In this document: positions 19,195-28,906 of the stretch, piece by piece
Layout: each line of letters begins with the position of its first letter
Numbering within the stretch: position 1 is the stretch's first letter
From: Candidatus Shapirobacteria bacterium
GTDB taxonomy: Bacteria > Patescibacteriota > Microgenomatia > UBA12405
DNA length: 64,000 nucleotides
Assembly (NCBI GenBank): GCA_016188545.1
Contig: JACPHO010000001.1
Location: 483,324-547,323, forward strand
Reading direction: 5' to 3'
The notes under the pieces: generated by a model
What the model was told of the DNA's origin: nothing
What the model saw: only the letters and a program-made list of their open reading frames with translations
The model's database searches: none
Position numbers and translations under genes: made by a program

Positions 19195-20141
19195 AAAAAA
19201 TATATAAAAGAATAAGTATTGTTATTCCCGCTTATAACGAAAGCAAAATTATCCTTGATTCTGCAACAAAAGTAGTTAAAGAAATTGTCGAAATTCAGAA
19301 GGAATCATTAGTTGATAGTTATGAAATAATTTTTGTTAACGATGGCAGTGAAGACAATACTTGGAGTAGTATACAAAAACTCCACCAACAAAATCCCAAT
19401 ATTCTAGGTATTAGCTTATCGCGAAATTTCGGACTGCAAATAGCCCTTACTGCAGGATTAAATAAAGCAAAAGGGGACTACACTGTCATGCTCGAATGTG
19501 ACCTTCAAGAACCTCCAAAACTAATCAAAAAAATGTTAATTCAGTTAGTTAAAACCAACAGTGACGTTGTTTATGGTCGCCGTACCAGTCGTTCAGAATC
19601 ACTACCCAAACAACTTATATTCAAACTTTTTCATTATGTTTATCACCACTTGAGTAAAAACGGACCACCGCAAAATGTAGGTACCTTTTCAATTATGAAT
19701 CGGCGTGCTCTAAACGCCATTCTTTCCTTCAAGGAAAAAAACAAGTATCTTCCGGGTCTCAGACATCTTATCGGCTACAAACAATCTTTTATCGACTACA
19801 AACGCCTCGATCGACACGATGGTCCACCTAAAATGACCACCTCAAAGCTTCTTGAACTAGCTTTTAACGCTGTTTTTTCATTTACTGATCTACCACTAAA
19901 AATCTGTTTTTATTTAGGAATAGCCGGAACTGTTTTTTCAATATTGATCGGATTATACGCTCTAGTCACTAGACTACTAAACTACCATGTCACTGTCGGC
20001 TGGAGCTCAACTCTCCTTAGCATTTATTTTTTTGGCAGTATCCAACTAATATTTTTGGGAGTTATTGGCCAATATATCTACAAAATTTATACCGAAGTCC
20101 AAAACCGACCAAGCTATTTTATATCTGACGAAATTAATTAA
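19191..20141 (+). CDS. Polyprenol-phosphate glycosyltransferase (GT2; DPM1/GtrB/ArnC-like) with C-terminal TM helices
   Basis: ISIVIPAYNES...IIFVNDGSEDNT, plus two C-terminal TM helices typical of GtrB-like enzymes. Confidence 0.75.
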   Translation: MKKIYKRISIVIPAYNESKIILDSATKVVKEIVEIQKESLVDSYEIIFVNDGSEDNTWSSIQKLHQQNPNILGISLSRNFGLQIALTAGLNKAKGDYTVMLECDLQEPPKLIKKMLIQLVKTNSDVVYGRRTSRSESLPKQLIFKLFHYVYHHLSKNGPPQNVGTFSIMNRRALNAILSFKEKNKYLPGLRHLIGYKQSFIDYKRLDRHDGPPKMTTSKLLELAFNAVFSFTDLPLKICFYLGIAGTVFSILIGLYALVTRLLNYHVTVGWSSTLLSIYFFGSIQLIFLGVIGQYIYKIYTEVQNRPSYFISDEIN

Positions 20142-20182
20142 TTTCGACTTTAAGAAAAAACCCCTCCCTTTTCATATATTAG

Positions 20183-21439
20183 TCATATCTCATCAAAGTT
20201 AGTATTTATTATCTCAATTTTTATATGTTCTGTTGCATAACGGTAAACCATCAAATGTCCCATACCAACATACCAAACATCTGTTCTGTTTTTAACATAA
20301 TCCAGGTGGAGAGGAAAATCACCATCAGCTCTCCATGAAACATTTTGTGGATGAAGCCCAAGGTGATATATCTTTCCGGCAGCATGGTCGCTGTCAAACT
20401 GGGCGTTCATCGTTGCCAGACTCACCGATTCTGCAAATGCGTATCGATCCCAATGCTCGTATAATCCACTTATCTCATCCCAAACAGGAAAAATACCTTC
20501 ATAAACATAAGTCCCAAAACCTGCGACGTTGGTTAAATATTTATATTCTCCAACTTTTGCCTGCATTACCTCGCTGTATTTACTAAGAGGAGTAATCCAT
20601 GCAAAAAGATATTCTTTCGAGCCTTTTTTATTCAGTGGTGGCATCGTAAGGTTATCCAATATCGTCTGCCTTGATTCACCAACATTAAAATCGTCGGACA
20701 TAGGTAAGTGTGACATAGAGTGTGAAGCTGGTTCAATATATCCGTTATCGATTTTCGACTGAATATTTTCCCAAGTCTCGGCTGTAAAATCTCCCATGTG
20801 AAAAAATCCCGCGGTAACCCAAACACCCTTAGAGGCAAAAGTATCACTGGCCGTCTCAAAGTCAGACAATTGGACCACTCCGCAGTCGTCCATCGTAAAA
20901 ACAGCTGCAGAAACCCGATTGTCATAATATTGAGTGAAATTCAAAAAGGTCACACCAGTCAACCCGTCTCCATTATTTCTGATAAATTTAACATAAAAAG
21001 AGTCGGACGTTTGGGGAAAAAGAATTGAAACATAGGCATATCCAAGTGTATAATCAAATCTGACAGCTTCAATACCATTAAAGATATCCGGCGAAGTTTT
21101 TTCTGTAAGTTGTATATAAGAGCCTCCGGGACTATCTTTCTTCCAAACCTGAATACCACTCGACGAAAGGGGAATTTGGAATTTGTAGGTAAGTGGATAA
21201 GTAAGTCCATAGTCAAATCTGGCTGTAGCATCAGCAACAATTCTAAATGTGGAGCCACGACTTATTAAAGAAGTTCGTTTATTGAAAAAAAAATAATAAA
21301 AGCCGAGAGAAAACATAGTCAACAATATCAAAATCAAGAAAATATACCCGAATAATTTTCTCCCTTGCTTCAAGATAATTATGTAATTTGATAAACTAAC
21401 AACTCCAAAAAATCTAATTACATTTCCTAAATATAACAA
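20183..21439 (-). CDS. Membrane-anchored polysaccharide deacetylase-like (CE4/NodB) protein
   Basis: N-terminal TM helix. FTMDDCG resembles NodB motif 1 (TFDDG) and ASHSMSH resembles motif 2 (H[ST]xxH). Confidence 0.45.
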   Translation of the reverse strand: MLYLGNVIRFFGVVSLSNYIIILKQGRKLFGYIFLILILLTMFSLGFYYFFFNKRTSLISRGSTFRIVADATARFDYGLTYPLTYKFQIPLSSSGIQVWKKDSPGGSYIQLTEKTSPDIFNGIEAVRFDYTLGYAYVSILFPQTSDSFYVKFIRNNGDGLTGVTFLNFTQYYDNRVSAAVFTMDDCGVVQLSDFETASDTFASKGVWVTAGFFHMGDFTAETWENIQSKIDNGYIEPASHSMSHLPMSDDFNVGESRQTILDNLTMPPLNKKGSKEYLFAWITPLSKYSEVMQAKVGEYKYLTNVAGFGTYVYEGIFPVWDEISGLYEHWDRYAFAESVSLATMNAQFDSDHAAGKIYHLGLHPQNVSWRADGDFPLHLDYVKNRTDVWYVGMGHLMVYRYATEHIKIEIINTNFDEI

Positions 21440-21476
21440 ACAACTAATAAATTATAACTTTAGACTTAAAGCAAAT

Positions 21477-22055
21477 TTAACTTGATTGATTCATTTCCTT
21501 TTCCCTAATCTTAACTTTCCTCGCTGGCACTCCAACCACAACACTGTATGGCTCGGTTGATTTGGTTACTACCGCTCCTGCCCCCACCACTGTTCCCTCC
21601 GCTAGTGTTACCCCAGGCATGATCACTGCATTTGCCCCAATCCAGACACCATCTTCGATCACAATCTTCTTTGGCTCAATTGGTTGGAGTGTCACTGGAA
21701 TTCTTCCATTAGAATATTGGTGCTCTCCACTTGAAATAACAATATTTGGACCAAGCAAGACGTCATTTCCAATTTCCACACCACCAATCGCATTAATATA
21801 GGTGTTTGAATTTACAGCAAAGTTTTTTCCACAACGCAACCGTTTACAATACACAAAAAATACGTTTGGTTGCACTATACAAAAAGATTCCAACTTACCA
21901 AACATTAATTTGTATAAACCAAACCGCAGTCCATAGCCAACTATCCCCGGCAAACCCCGAACCAACCACAATAGGTAACTTTCCAATTCCATGGTGACCA
22001 ACCCCATAATTCCATAGCTTTTAATCTTTGCCAGAAAATATTTTTGATCAGTCAT
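21477..22055 (-). CDS. Hexapeptide-repeat (LbH) sugar O-acetyltransferase
   Basis: IGNDVLLGPNIVI...IEDGVWIGANAVIMPGVTLAEGTVVGAGAVV hexapeptide repeats. Confidence 0.75.
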   Translation of the reverse strand: MTDQKYFLAKIKSYGIMGLVTMELESYLLWLVRGLPGIVGYGLRFGLYKLMFGKLESFCIVQPNVFFVYCKRLRCGKNFAVNSNTYINAIGGVEIGNDVLLGPNIVISSGEHQYSNGRIPVTLQPIEPKKIVIEDGVWIGANAVIMPGVTLAEGTVVGAGAVVTKSTEPYSVVVGVPARKVKIREKEMNQSS

Positions 22056-22060
22056 GAAGT

Positions 22061-22627
22061 CTAAATACCTACAAAATGTACACCAGAACCATCCATAACC
22101 TTTCGGACATTATCTGATATCAATCGTAGGGGAGTATAGACCATCAATCCCTCTGGAAGTTTGGAAAACCCACTCAAAAAGCTCAGCATTCTTTCTGGGT
22201 TATTACTAATTAAGCCCGGCACAAATCCATATTTCTTGCTTAAATAGAAAAAGTTTAGTAAGACACTTTTATTACCAAAAGCCAATGCCATATCTACCAT
22301 CTGATAGTGGAACACAAAATGGTTTGTTTTTTCTTTCTCCAACTGTTTCAATATTTCTAGTTCACACAATACCTTTACCCCAGCTGCAAAGTTCATCTTC
22401 AAGATACTCACGGCAAAAGGTAAATTGTTTAGTCCAAACCGAATAATGTTTAGGGGATTCAATGACAATGTTCTTTTCACAATCAACATGATTTGCGAAC
22501 TGCTAGTCATCTGGCGGGCAATTGCCGCCACATTTGGCACAATATAAGGATTTATAATCGACGTATTACCAGACTCAAAGTCAACGTATTTATACTTTTG
22601 GATAACATTGCTATTTTCAGTAATCAT
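22061..22627 (-). CDS. Hypothetical protein
   Basis: 188-aa ORF in operon context. No motif recognised. Confidence 0.3.
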   Translation of the reverse strand: MITENSNVIQKYKYVDFESGNTSIINPYIVPNVAAIARQMTSSSQIMLIVKRTLSLNPLNIIRFGLNNLPFAVSILKMNFAAGVKVLCELEILKQLEKEKTNHFVFHYQMVDMALAFGNKSVLLNFFYLSKKYGFVPGLISNNPERMLSFLSGFSKLPEGLMVYTPLRLISDNVRKVMDGSGVHFVGI

Positions 22628-22630
22628 ATT

Positions 22631-24535
22631 TTAATTTTGACTAACTTTATAACTTTCATGAATCATTGCCTCCGTACCTATAACCCACTTCAGGTTGTTT
22701 GCCACAACCTTTGTCTTAGTATCTTTCACATCTCTTATTGAATTTATAAAGAGATAGTCCTCCGTTGAGTACGCCTCGCCGCTAGCATCAGGATTTAACT
22801 CAAACATCCCCGGAACAACAGCCGGAAGATCCTTTTCTAAATAAGTCACTGACTTACCATTAGAAGTTATCGTTAAGGATTTCCCGTCACTAGTCACCAT
22901 GGCTTTCTCAAATTGAATTTCAAAAAGCATTTTGGGGATATCCACTCCTTTTACAGACCAAGATAAAAACATTTCGCCTACATATTCACCATAATCAAGG
23001 GTCAAGTTTGCCTCGTCATCTATAGTGGTCGAAAAAATCTTATCTATTTTTCCACTAATTGACTTTGGAACACCTAAAAGAAATGATGTCACACTGAATA
23101 AATGTGGACCGGGATTCATCAACACCCCACCACCAGACTTTGATCTGTTAAACATCCAACCTTTTTTTACTCCAAATACTTCACCATGCTCATAACTCGC
23201 TTTAAAAGATTTAATTTTCCCATAACTTTTCTTGTCGATTATTCGCTTAAACTCATTAATAGATCGTTTAAATAATAATGTATATCCGACAAAAACTTTA
23301 CCTGAATATTTTGATTCCAAAACTTTTAACTTATCTAGTTCAATAGAATTCATAGCTAACGGTTTTTCCACAAACACTGACAAACCCTTTTTTAGACATT
23401 TTTTAAGCAAATTTAGATGTGTGAAAGTTGGTGTCAATATAAAAACACCATCTAGTTTTTCACTATCCAGTGCAGTATCTAAATTATCATAAAAATTACC
23501 ACTTACTCCCATACTCTTTATAACTGGCCACGACTTCGTGTTGCTGTCGACCAATGCGGCAATTCTCACTCCCTTTATTGCACTTAAGGCAGCCAAATGC
23601 ATCATTCCCATTTTTCCCAGTCCTACCACTCCTATTTTAATATCATCACTCGAAAATACTTTTTTAAGTCCATCGTCAAAATTCATCGGTACAAGTTTAT
23701 ATTTTTTTACTATTGCCGATGCGTCACAATTCGTTGGCTGGGTTGAACCAAGAACATTATCAACATAAAAAGGTGGTGTCTTCATCCCCAACAGTTTAAA
23801 AAAATTTCCCGCCATCAACCCTATCCACACCGGAATATGTAACAGGGGATTCTTCCTTCCCAAATAACCCAATATTTTTGTATACAACTGGTTGTAACTA
23901 ACGCCCTCAAGACAACCAATGTCATAAACCACTTTGTTTGCCGCTCTGTCATTAACCACCAACTCCAAATACTTGCTCAAATCGTCAACATGAACTGGGT
24001 TTACCAAAATCTCACCATTACCAAACACTGGAATAAAAGGCAACATATTAACCATTCCCTTAATTTTGTTAAACAAGCCCTTATCACCCCCACCATACAC
24101 CAAACTCGGCTTCAGTATTACCCACTCAAGTTTTGATTGACTTACGATCTCGTCACTTTCTCCTTTGGTGATCGAATAGACACCCTTGTTTTTAATTTTT
24201 GTCGCCTGACTACTTATTTGTATAAATTTACTAACTTTTTTTGACTCGCATATTTCAACAAACTTTTTTGTCCCATCCACATTAACAAGTCGACTTAATT
24301 TTGGATCGTAGGGATTGGCAGCCAGATTTATAACGGTCGCCCCAACAGGGACAATCTTTTGAAGCGATCTTGAGTCTTGCAAGTCTCCCCAAACTACATT
24401 TACATTTTGACTCAACTCGAATCCAGGTATCACCCCAAATCGCACCATGGCATATATTTCATAACCTTGCCTCGCCAAATAATTTACCAAGTGCTGACCA
24501 ATAAAACCATTGGCTCCTGTAATAAAGATTTTCAT
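22631..24535 (-). CDS. Fusion protein: N-terminal NAD-dependent epimerase/dehydratase plus C-terminal Gfo/Idh/MocA oxidoreductase
   Basis: MKIFITGANGFIGQHLVNYLARQGY (SDR Rossmann motif) at the N-terminus. A second Rossmann motif IKIGVVGLGKMGMMHLAAL is typical of Gfo/Idh/MocA, at about residue 300. Confidence 0.65.
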   Translation of the reverse strand: MKIFITGANGFIGQHLVNYLARQGYEIYAMVRFGVIPGFELSQNVNVVWGDLQDSRSLQKIVPVGATVINLAANPYDPKLSRLVNVDGTKKFVEICESKKVSKFIQISSQATKIKNKGVYSITKGESDEIVSQSKLEWVILKPSLVYGGGDKGLFNKIKGMVNMLPFIPVFGNGEILVNPVHVDDLSKYLELVVNDRAANKVVYDIGCLEGVSYNQLYTKILGYLGRKNPLLHIPVWIGLMAGNFFKLLGMKTPPFYVDNVLGSTQPTNCDASAIVKKYKLVPMNFDDGLKKVFSSDDIKIGVVGLGKMGMMHLAALSAIKGVRIAALVDSNTKSWPVIKSMGVSGNFYDNLDTALDSEKLDGVFILTPTFTHLNLLKKCLKKGLSVFVEKPLAMNSIELDKLKVLESKYSGKVFVGYTLLFKRSINEFKRIIDKKSYGKIKSFKASYEHGEVFGVKKGWMFNRSKSGGGVLMNPGPHLFSVTSFLLGVPKSISGKIDKIFSTTIDDEANLTLDYGEYVGEMFLSWSVKGVDIPKMLFEIQFEKAMVTSDGKSLTITSNGKSVTYLEKDLPAVVPGMFELNPDASGEAYSTEDYLFINSIRDVKDTKTKVVANNLKWVIGTEAMIHESYKVSQN

Positions 24536-24617
24536 TTTTGTCCTATAAAAAATATTAGTTAATTTATATAACGACTCATTGTATCAATTTTTACGTCTTA
24601 CAAATCATAGTCAATAT

Positions 24618-25325
24618 TTATAGGTTTATCAAAGAGCTTTTATTCCTCCATCTCCAATAGGGGATTAGTAGCAAAACCTTAATACCATCCACAGGTGTAA
24701 AACAGTCTCTTTTCCTCTCTTTTTTCTTTGCGTAAATTGTTTCAACCACAATTTTTCGATAGTTCAAGCCATATTTCCACATATTACAAATCATCTCAGT
24801 CTCCACTCCATACCTGTGACTTGTCCAGACTACTTTACTATATGCTCTCTTAGTCATAGCCCGATATCCACACAACATGTCCTCAATTGTCTGACCATAT
24901 AGAATTGCCAAAACGACTCTTATCATCCAATTTCCAAACTTCCTAATCATTGTCATCTGCCCCTTATTTATCCGAACCCCAATTACTACTTCATCGCCAC
25001 TTTTAAGTGAGTCAACGAACTTGGAAATAAGTTTTGGATCATGTTGTCCATCAGCATCTATAAATATCACCGCCTCTGCTCCATTCTTCCAGGCTACCTT
25101 TGCGCCTGTTTTCATGGCCATTCCCTTCCCTTGATTAATATCGTGTTTAACTAAAGTTACTCGCTTGTTTTTATCAAAAGCATCTTTCAAGAGTATGTCA
25201 CATCCATCACTCGAACCATCATCCACTACGACCACTTTATTCTTGGAGTTAGCCAACACCGACATTACAGTTGACACTACTCGACTTTTTTCATTATAAA
25301 CAGGAATAACTACAAAAATATCCAT
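24618..25325 (-). CDS. GT2 polyprenol-phosphate sugar synthase (DPM-synthase-like)
   Basis: MDIFVVIPVYNEKSRV...VVVVDDGSSDG. Confidence 0.75.
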   Translation of the reverse strand: MDIFVVIPVYNEKSRVVSTVMSVLANSKNKVVVVDDGSSDGCDILLKDAFDKNKRVTLVKHDINQGKGMAMKTGAKVAWKNGAEAVIFIDADGQHDPKLISKFVDSLKSGDEVVIGVRINKGQMTMIRKFGNWMIRVVLAILYGQTIEDMLCGYRAMTKRAYSKVVWTSHRYGVETEMICNMWKYGLNYRKIVVETIYAKKKERKRDCFTPVDGIKVLLLIPYWRWRNKSSLINL

Positions 25326-25368
25326 AGACTACTTATATCACAATCAGCCATTTGTACTAAAATAGCTT

Positions 25369-26778
25369 GTGTTAAAAAATATCCACCTGGTCGGCATTGT
25401 CATCCTCGCTGGACTTTTTATCTTTCTTCGATTTTACAGCCTCAACAATTCTTTTTTCTTCCTCAATGATATGGGGCGCGACATGCTCGTACTCCAAAAA
25501 TGGCACGATACAGGTAAACCACCACTTCTGGGGCCCCAAACCAGTGTCATGCCATTTAACCAAAGTGCAGTGTACTTCTACCTTCTCTACCCGGGATTTT
25601 TATTATCCGGCGGACATCCCATCTCCTCTGTTTACACCTCAGCCGTATTTTACTTATCATTTCTCTTAGCTGGCTACTATTTTCTTCATAAAGACAAACG
25701 ACTACTCTCTACATTTCTGATTTCATTCTTATTACTTTCAATCCACCCCCAATACATCTTGCAAGGTCGATTTGTTTGGAACCCATCCTTTGTCACTCCC
25801 TTAGTGATTACTTCCGTTTTTGCATTTTATTTATTAATCCAAAAGTTCACGTTAAAAAAGTTGCTAGTATTCTCTTCTAGTACTGCACTAGCCATATCAA
25901 TTTCCTATTCTGTCACTCCATTACTTCTCTGTTTTTTTATCCTTTGGTTAATTATTGACCGTCAGCATTTTCTAAAATATTTTATATTCCTAATTGGATC
26001 GCTAATCGTATTAAATTTACCCACCATTTTCTTTGAGATAAGACACAACTTTCTCCTCACCACTTCAATGTTTACCAAAAGTCCACCTACAATTAGCGAT
26101 GTTGTATTACAGCAAAGATATTACGATTTAGCTCGTTTCGTATTCCCTACAAATAGCCAAAATTTGAGTACTTTTCTTTTGATTTTGTCTATCTTGACCT
26201 GTCTATACCTAGTAATCAAACACCGAAAAAATACCCATTCTCTCGTGTTTATATCCTCAACCCTTTATCTTCTAAATGCCCTAATTACCATGGTCTTTCC
26301 CTTCCCGATTCACTCTCACTACATTTTTGGATTCACATCACTAATATTTCTGGTAATTAGCACACTCCCGACGATTACTTCTGCTCTCATCGTATTTTTA
26401 TTTTTATATAACTATCTTCAACCAGCCCAACTTGAAACTTATTTTCAACCAGCACCTCGTACCTACAGTCAAATGGTCTCTTGCTATACCAGCTATTGCC
26501 ACCAATTCAAAGAACCAACATTTGTCAGTGTTCAATCGGGAATTCTCCCATTTCACAATGGCCCAGATCACCGTTATGCACTTTCCCGATCTGGTTGCAA
26601 AATCCTCGACATCGAAACCCAAAATGGAGCCAGCAAATACATGTCAGTCATCGTCGAGTCAAGCAACTTTGATACTAAAACCAACTATTACGAACTTGAT
26701 TTATTTGGCAAACACAAAGAAATAAATAGACTTAACTGTCAACCAAATCTCGAAGTAGTTACTCTCGAAAAAATTTAA
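25369..26778 (+). CDS. Polytopic membrane protein, putative GT-C glycosyltransferase (ArnT/PMT-like acceptor-side enzyme)
   Basis: 469 aa, more than 10 TM helices. Divergently adjacent to the DPM-synthase-like GT2. Confidence 0.4.
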   Translation: MLKNIHLVGIVILAGLFIFLRFYSLNNSFFFLNDMGRDMLVLQKWHDTGKPPLLGPQTSVMPFNQSAVYFYLLYPGFLLSGGHPISSVYTSAVFYLSFLLAGYYFLHKDKRLLSTFLISFLLLSIHPQYILQGRFVWNPSFVTPLVITSVFAFYLLIQKFTLKKLLVFSSSTALAISISYSVTPLLLCFFILWLIIDRQHFLKYFIFLIGSLIVLNLPTIFFEIRHNFLLTTSMFTKSPPTISDVVLQQRYYDLARFVFPTNSQNLSTFLLILSILTCLYLVIKHRKNTHSLVFISSTLYLLNALITMVFPFPIHSHYIFGFTSLIFLVISTLPTITSALIVFLFLYNYLQPAQLETYFQPAPRTYSQMVSCYTSYCHQFKEPTFVSVQSGILPFHNGPDHRYALSRSGCKILDIETQNGASKYMSVIVESSNFDTKTNYYELDLFGKHKEINRLNCQPNLEVVTLEKI

Positions 26779-26791
26779 TATTCCTAATACC

Positions 26792-27427
26792 TTATATTCT
26801 GCTTCCGCTATTACCCAGAATTACTTGACACTTATAGTCGTGCCACAGCCATCTACCTACATCACTCTGATCATTGGCATCGTTTGCCAATACTCTTTTA
26901 AGGTTCTTCAATAGAAGTTCTTTTGATTTTGTATTTGATTCCTCTGCTGTGTGACCTTTCAATAACGACAGTACTATTTGATTTGACGGTCCCAGAAATA
27001 GTGCCGCCACTGGATCCATCCATGATCGGGTAAAGTAAAACCTTGAAGTCTTGATAATATAATCATCAACATATCCAATAAATGCACCCACCCCTTCGGT
27101 TACCAAACGCTTCCCCAACTCCGAACCACAGCGACAACTCCTGGCAACAAACACTCTTGAATCAATCCTAAACCAGTTTGAGCTTATATCCAATAAAACT
27201 TCTTTATCGTGACCTGTTACCAAACCATAATCCCCATGTCCATTCACCCAGATTAAACCTGGCTTCTCCCTTTCTATGTAACTTTTAAAATTTTTTCGAT
27301 TTGCTTTCTTTTCTGCTAGATCAATTATCTGGAATGATTTTTTCTTGGCCACATCAATCACTTCTCTTGACCAGTAGTACAGGTAATTCAAGCCGTTGTC
27401 ATCATTCGGTCTAGTCACCAGAATCAT
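26792..27427 (-). CDS. Hypothetical protein with possible His/Cys dyad
   Basis: WVNGHGDYG ... VFVARSCRCGSELG loosely resembles the catalytic dyad arrangement of clan CD peptidases. Speculative. Confidence 0.3.
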   Translation of the reverse strand: MILVTRPNDDNGLNYLYYWSREVIDVAKKKSFQIIDLAEKKANRKNFKSYIEREKPGLIWVNGHGDYGLVTGHDKEVLLDISSNWFRIDSRVFVARSCRCGSELGKRLVTEGVGAFIGYVDDYIIKTSRFYFTRSWMDPVAALFLGPSNQIVLSLLKGHTAEESNTKSKELLLKNLKRVLANDANDQSDVGRWLWHDYKCQVILGNSGSRI

Positions 27428-27654
27428 ACAGTCTCAAGAATTTTATATATTTCTCCATTCACCAAATCACGCATAAAATCAGATTGAATCGTCACGATTT
27501 TTTTTCCTATCTCAGTTTCATTCTTAACATTTATTACCAAATCCTCTTTATTCAACGGAGCCTCACCACCAATAACCAACTCATAATCATCGTCATACGC
27601 CATGATCTTAGCCAGAACAATATTTTTTAAATCAGGATCTATTTTATTTTTCAT
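27424..27654 (-). CDS. Small hypothetical protein
   Basis: 76-aa ORF overlapping the neighbouring small ORF by 11 nt. Confidence 0.25.
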   Translation of the reverse strand: MKNKIDPDLKNIVLAKIMAYDDDYELVIGGEAPLNKEDLVINVKNETEIGKKIVTIQSDFMRDLVNGEIYKILETV

Positions 27655-27910
27655 CTATCTTTAAAAAACCCAATCTATCTAATATTTCTAGTCCCAGCAT
27701 ACCAACTTTCGTTTCACTCTCCACTTCCAGTTTCAAAACATTCCAACTAATCGGCTGACCATCAACTACCACAGCCACCTCGTTCCTAACCGGTATGGGT
27801 AAGTTAGCAAAAGTACGGAAAAATCGTGTCTTCAGTGACATTAACAAGATTATAACTCTTTTTTGCTTTTTTCCCACTCCCGACTCCAGCAGTCCCAAAG
27901 ATTTCTTCAA
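27644..27910 (-). CDS. Small hypothetical protein
   Basis: 88-aa ORF. Pairs with the 76-aa ORF. Confidence 0.25.
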   Translation of the reverse strand: MKKSLGLLESGVGKKQKRVIILLMSLKTRFFRTFANLPIPVRNEVAVVVDGQPISWNVLKLEVESETKVGMLGLEILDRLGFLKIDEK

Positions 27911-27947
27911 TCATTTATCAATCGTTGCGTCGGTGATAAGATGTCGA

Positions 27948-28883
27948 TTATTTCTTTACAAATATTAATAGCCCGCCGATCAAACTATTTATAACCGCCA
28001 GCACACCACCAAAGGTTGATACAAGCAGTACCTTTTCCGGAGCATACCCAAGCGGTACCAGGAAAAACAAAAACAAGTTTTCTCGAGCACCGAAGCCAGC
28101 CACCGATATTGGCAACAACAATATTAGCGATATCACCGGAATAAATATATATACCTGCAACAGGCTAATTCCTGCCCCAAAAACATTGCTATAAAACCAC
28201 ATCGGCATCATCCAAATTGGCTCTGCCAACAGCGACAATAAAAAGCAATGCAAAATTCTCCGGCGATTACCTTTCTTTAAAATATCCATTACTTGAATGC
28301 CTCGTCGAATCAGTTCAAATTTCGGCAAATACCTCTTTGCAAAATTTTCAAAATCAAAGTAAAAAACTACTACCAAAAATAAAATAGTTCCGACAAACAA
28401 CCCACCAAATACCAGTAATAATATCGGCGGGAACACATAACCCAAAGATTTTCCCAATAGTAGCGCTCCAAATCCCACAATCACAAAAGCCATCAGTCCG
28501 ATAATCCGATCTATCAGCACCGATGCCGCAATTTTTGATTTTGACAAATCAGGGTACTTACCCAAAAGCGGCACCCATTTAATTGCATCAGCCGCCAGAC
28601 CAGTTGGGAAAAATAGTCCATAAAATCCACCCAAATATGCTGCTCTCGTAAAATTCCAGTAATCTCTCCAACTAGTCTTGTCAAACAACAACCAACTCCA
28701 TCTAATCCCACCGATCAATGTAGTCATTACAAAGTACACAACCATCACCACCACAAACCAAGTCGGTACCATGGTAAATTCCCTGAAAAGATGAAGCACG
28801 TCTACCTTTCTAAACGCAAAATATATTAGTGCTATTGAAAGCACCGCCCTAAGCAACTCTGAGGACAATACTTTTTTGAGCAT
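27948..28883 (-). CDS. Flippase-like membrane protein (lysylphosphatidylglycerol-synthase TM-region family)
   Basis: MLKKVLSSELLRAVLSIALIYFAFRKVD start and 8 TM helices. Typical neighbour of polyprenol-P GT2 genes. Confidence 0.55.
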   Translation of the reverse strand: MLKKVLSSELLRAVLSIALIYFAFRKVDVLHLFREFTMVPTWFVVVMVVYFVMTTLIGGIRWSWLLFDKTSWRDYWNFTRAAYLGGFYGLFFPTGLAADAIKWVPLLGKYPDLSKSKIAASVLIDRIIGLMAFVIVGFGALLLGKSLGYVFPPILLLVFGGLFVGTILFLVVVFYFDFENFAKRYLPKFELIRRGIQVMDILKKGNRRRILHCFLLSLLAEPIWMMPMWFYSNVFGAGISLLQVYIFIPVISLILLLPISVAGFGARENLFLFFLVPLGYAPEKVLLVSTFGGVLAVINSLIGGLLIFVKK

Positions 28884-28906
28884 AATCGTAATCTATACTA
28901 TATCAA

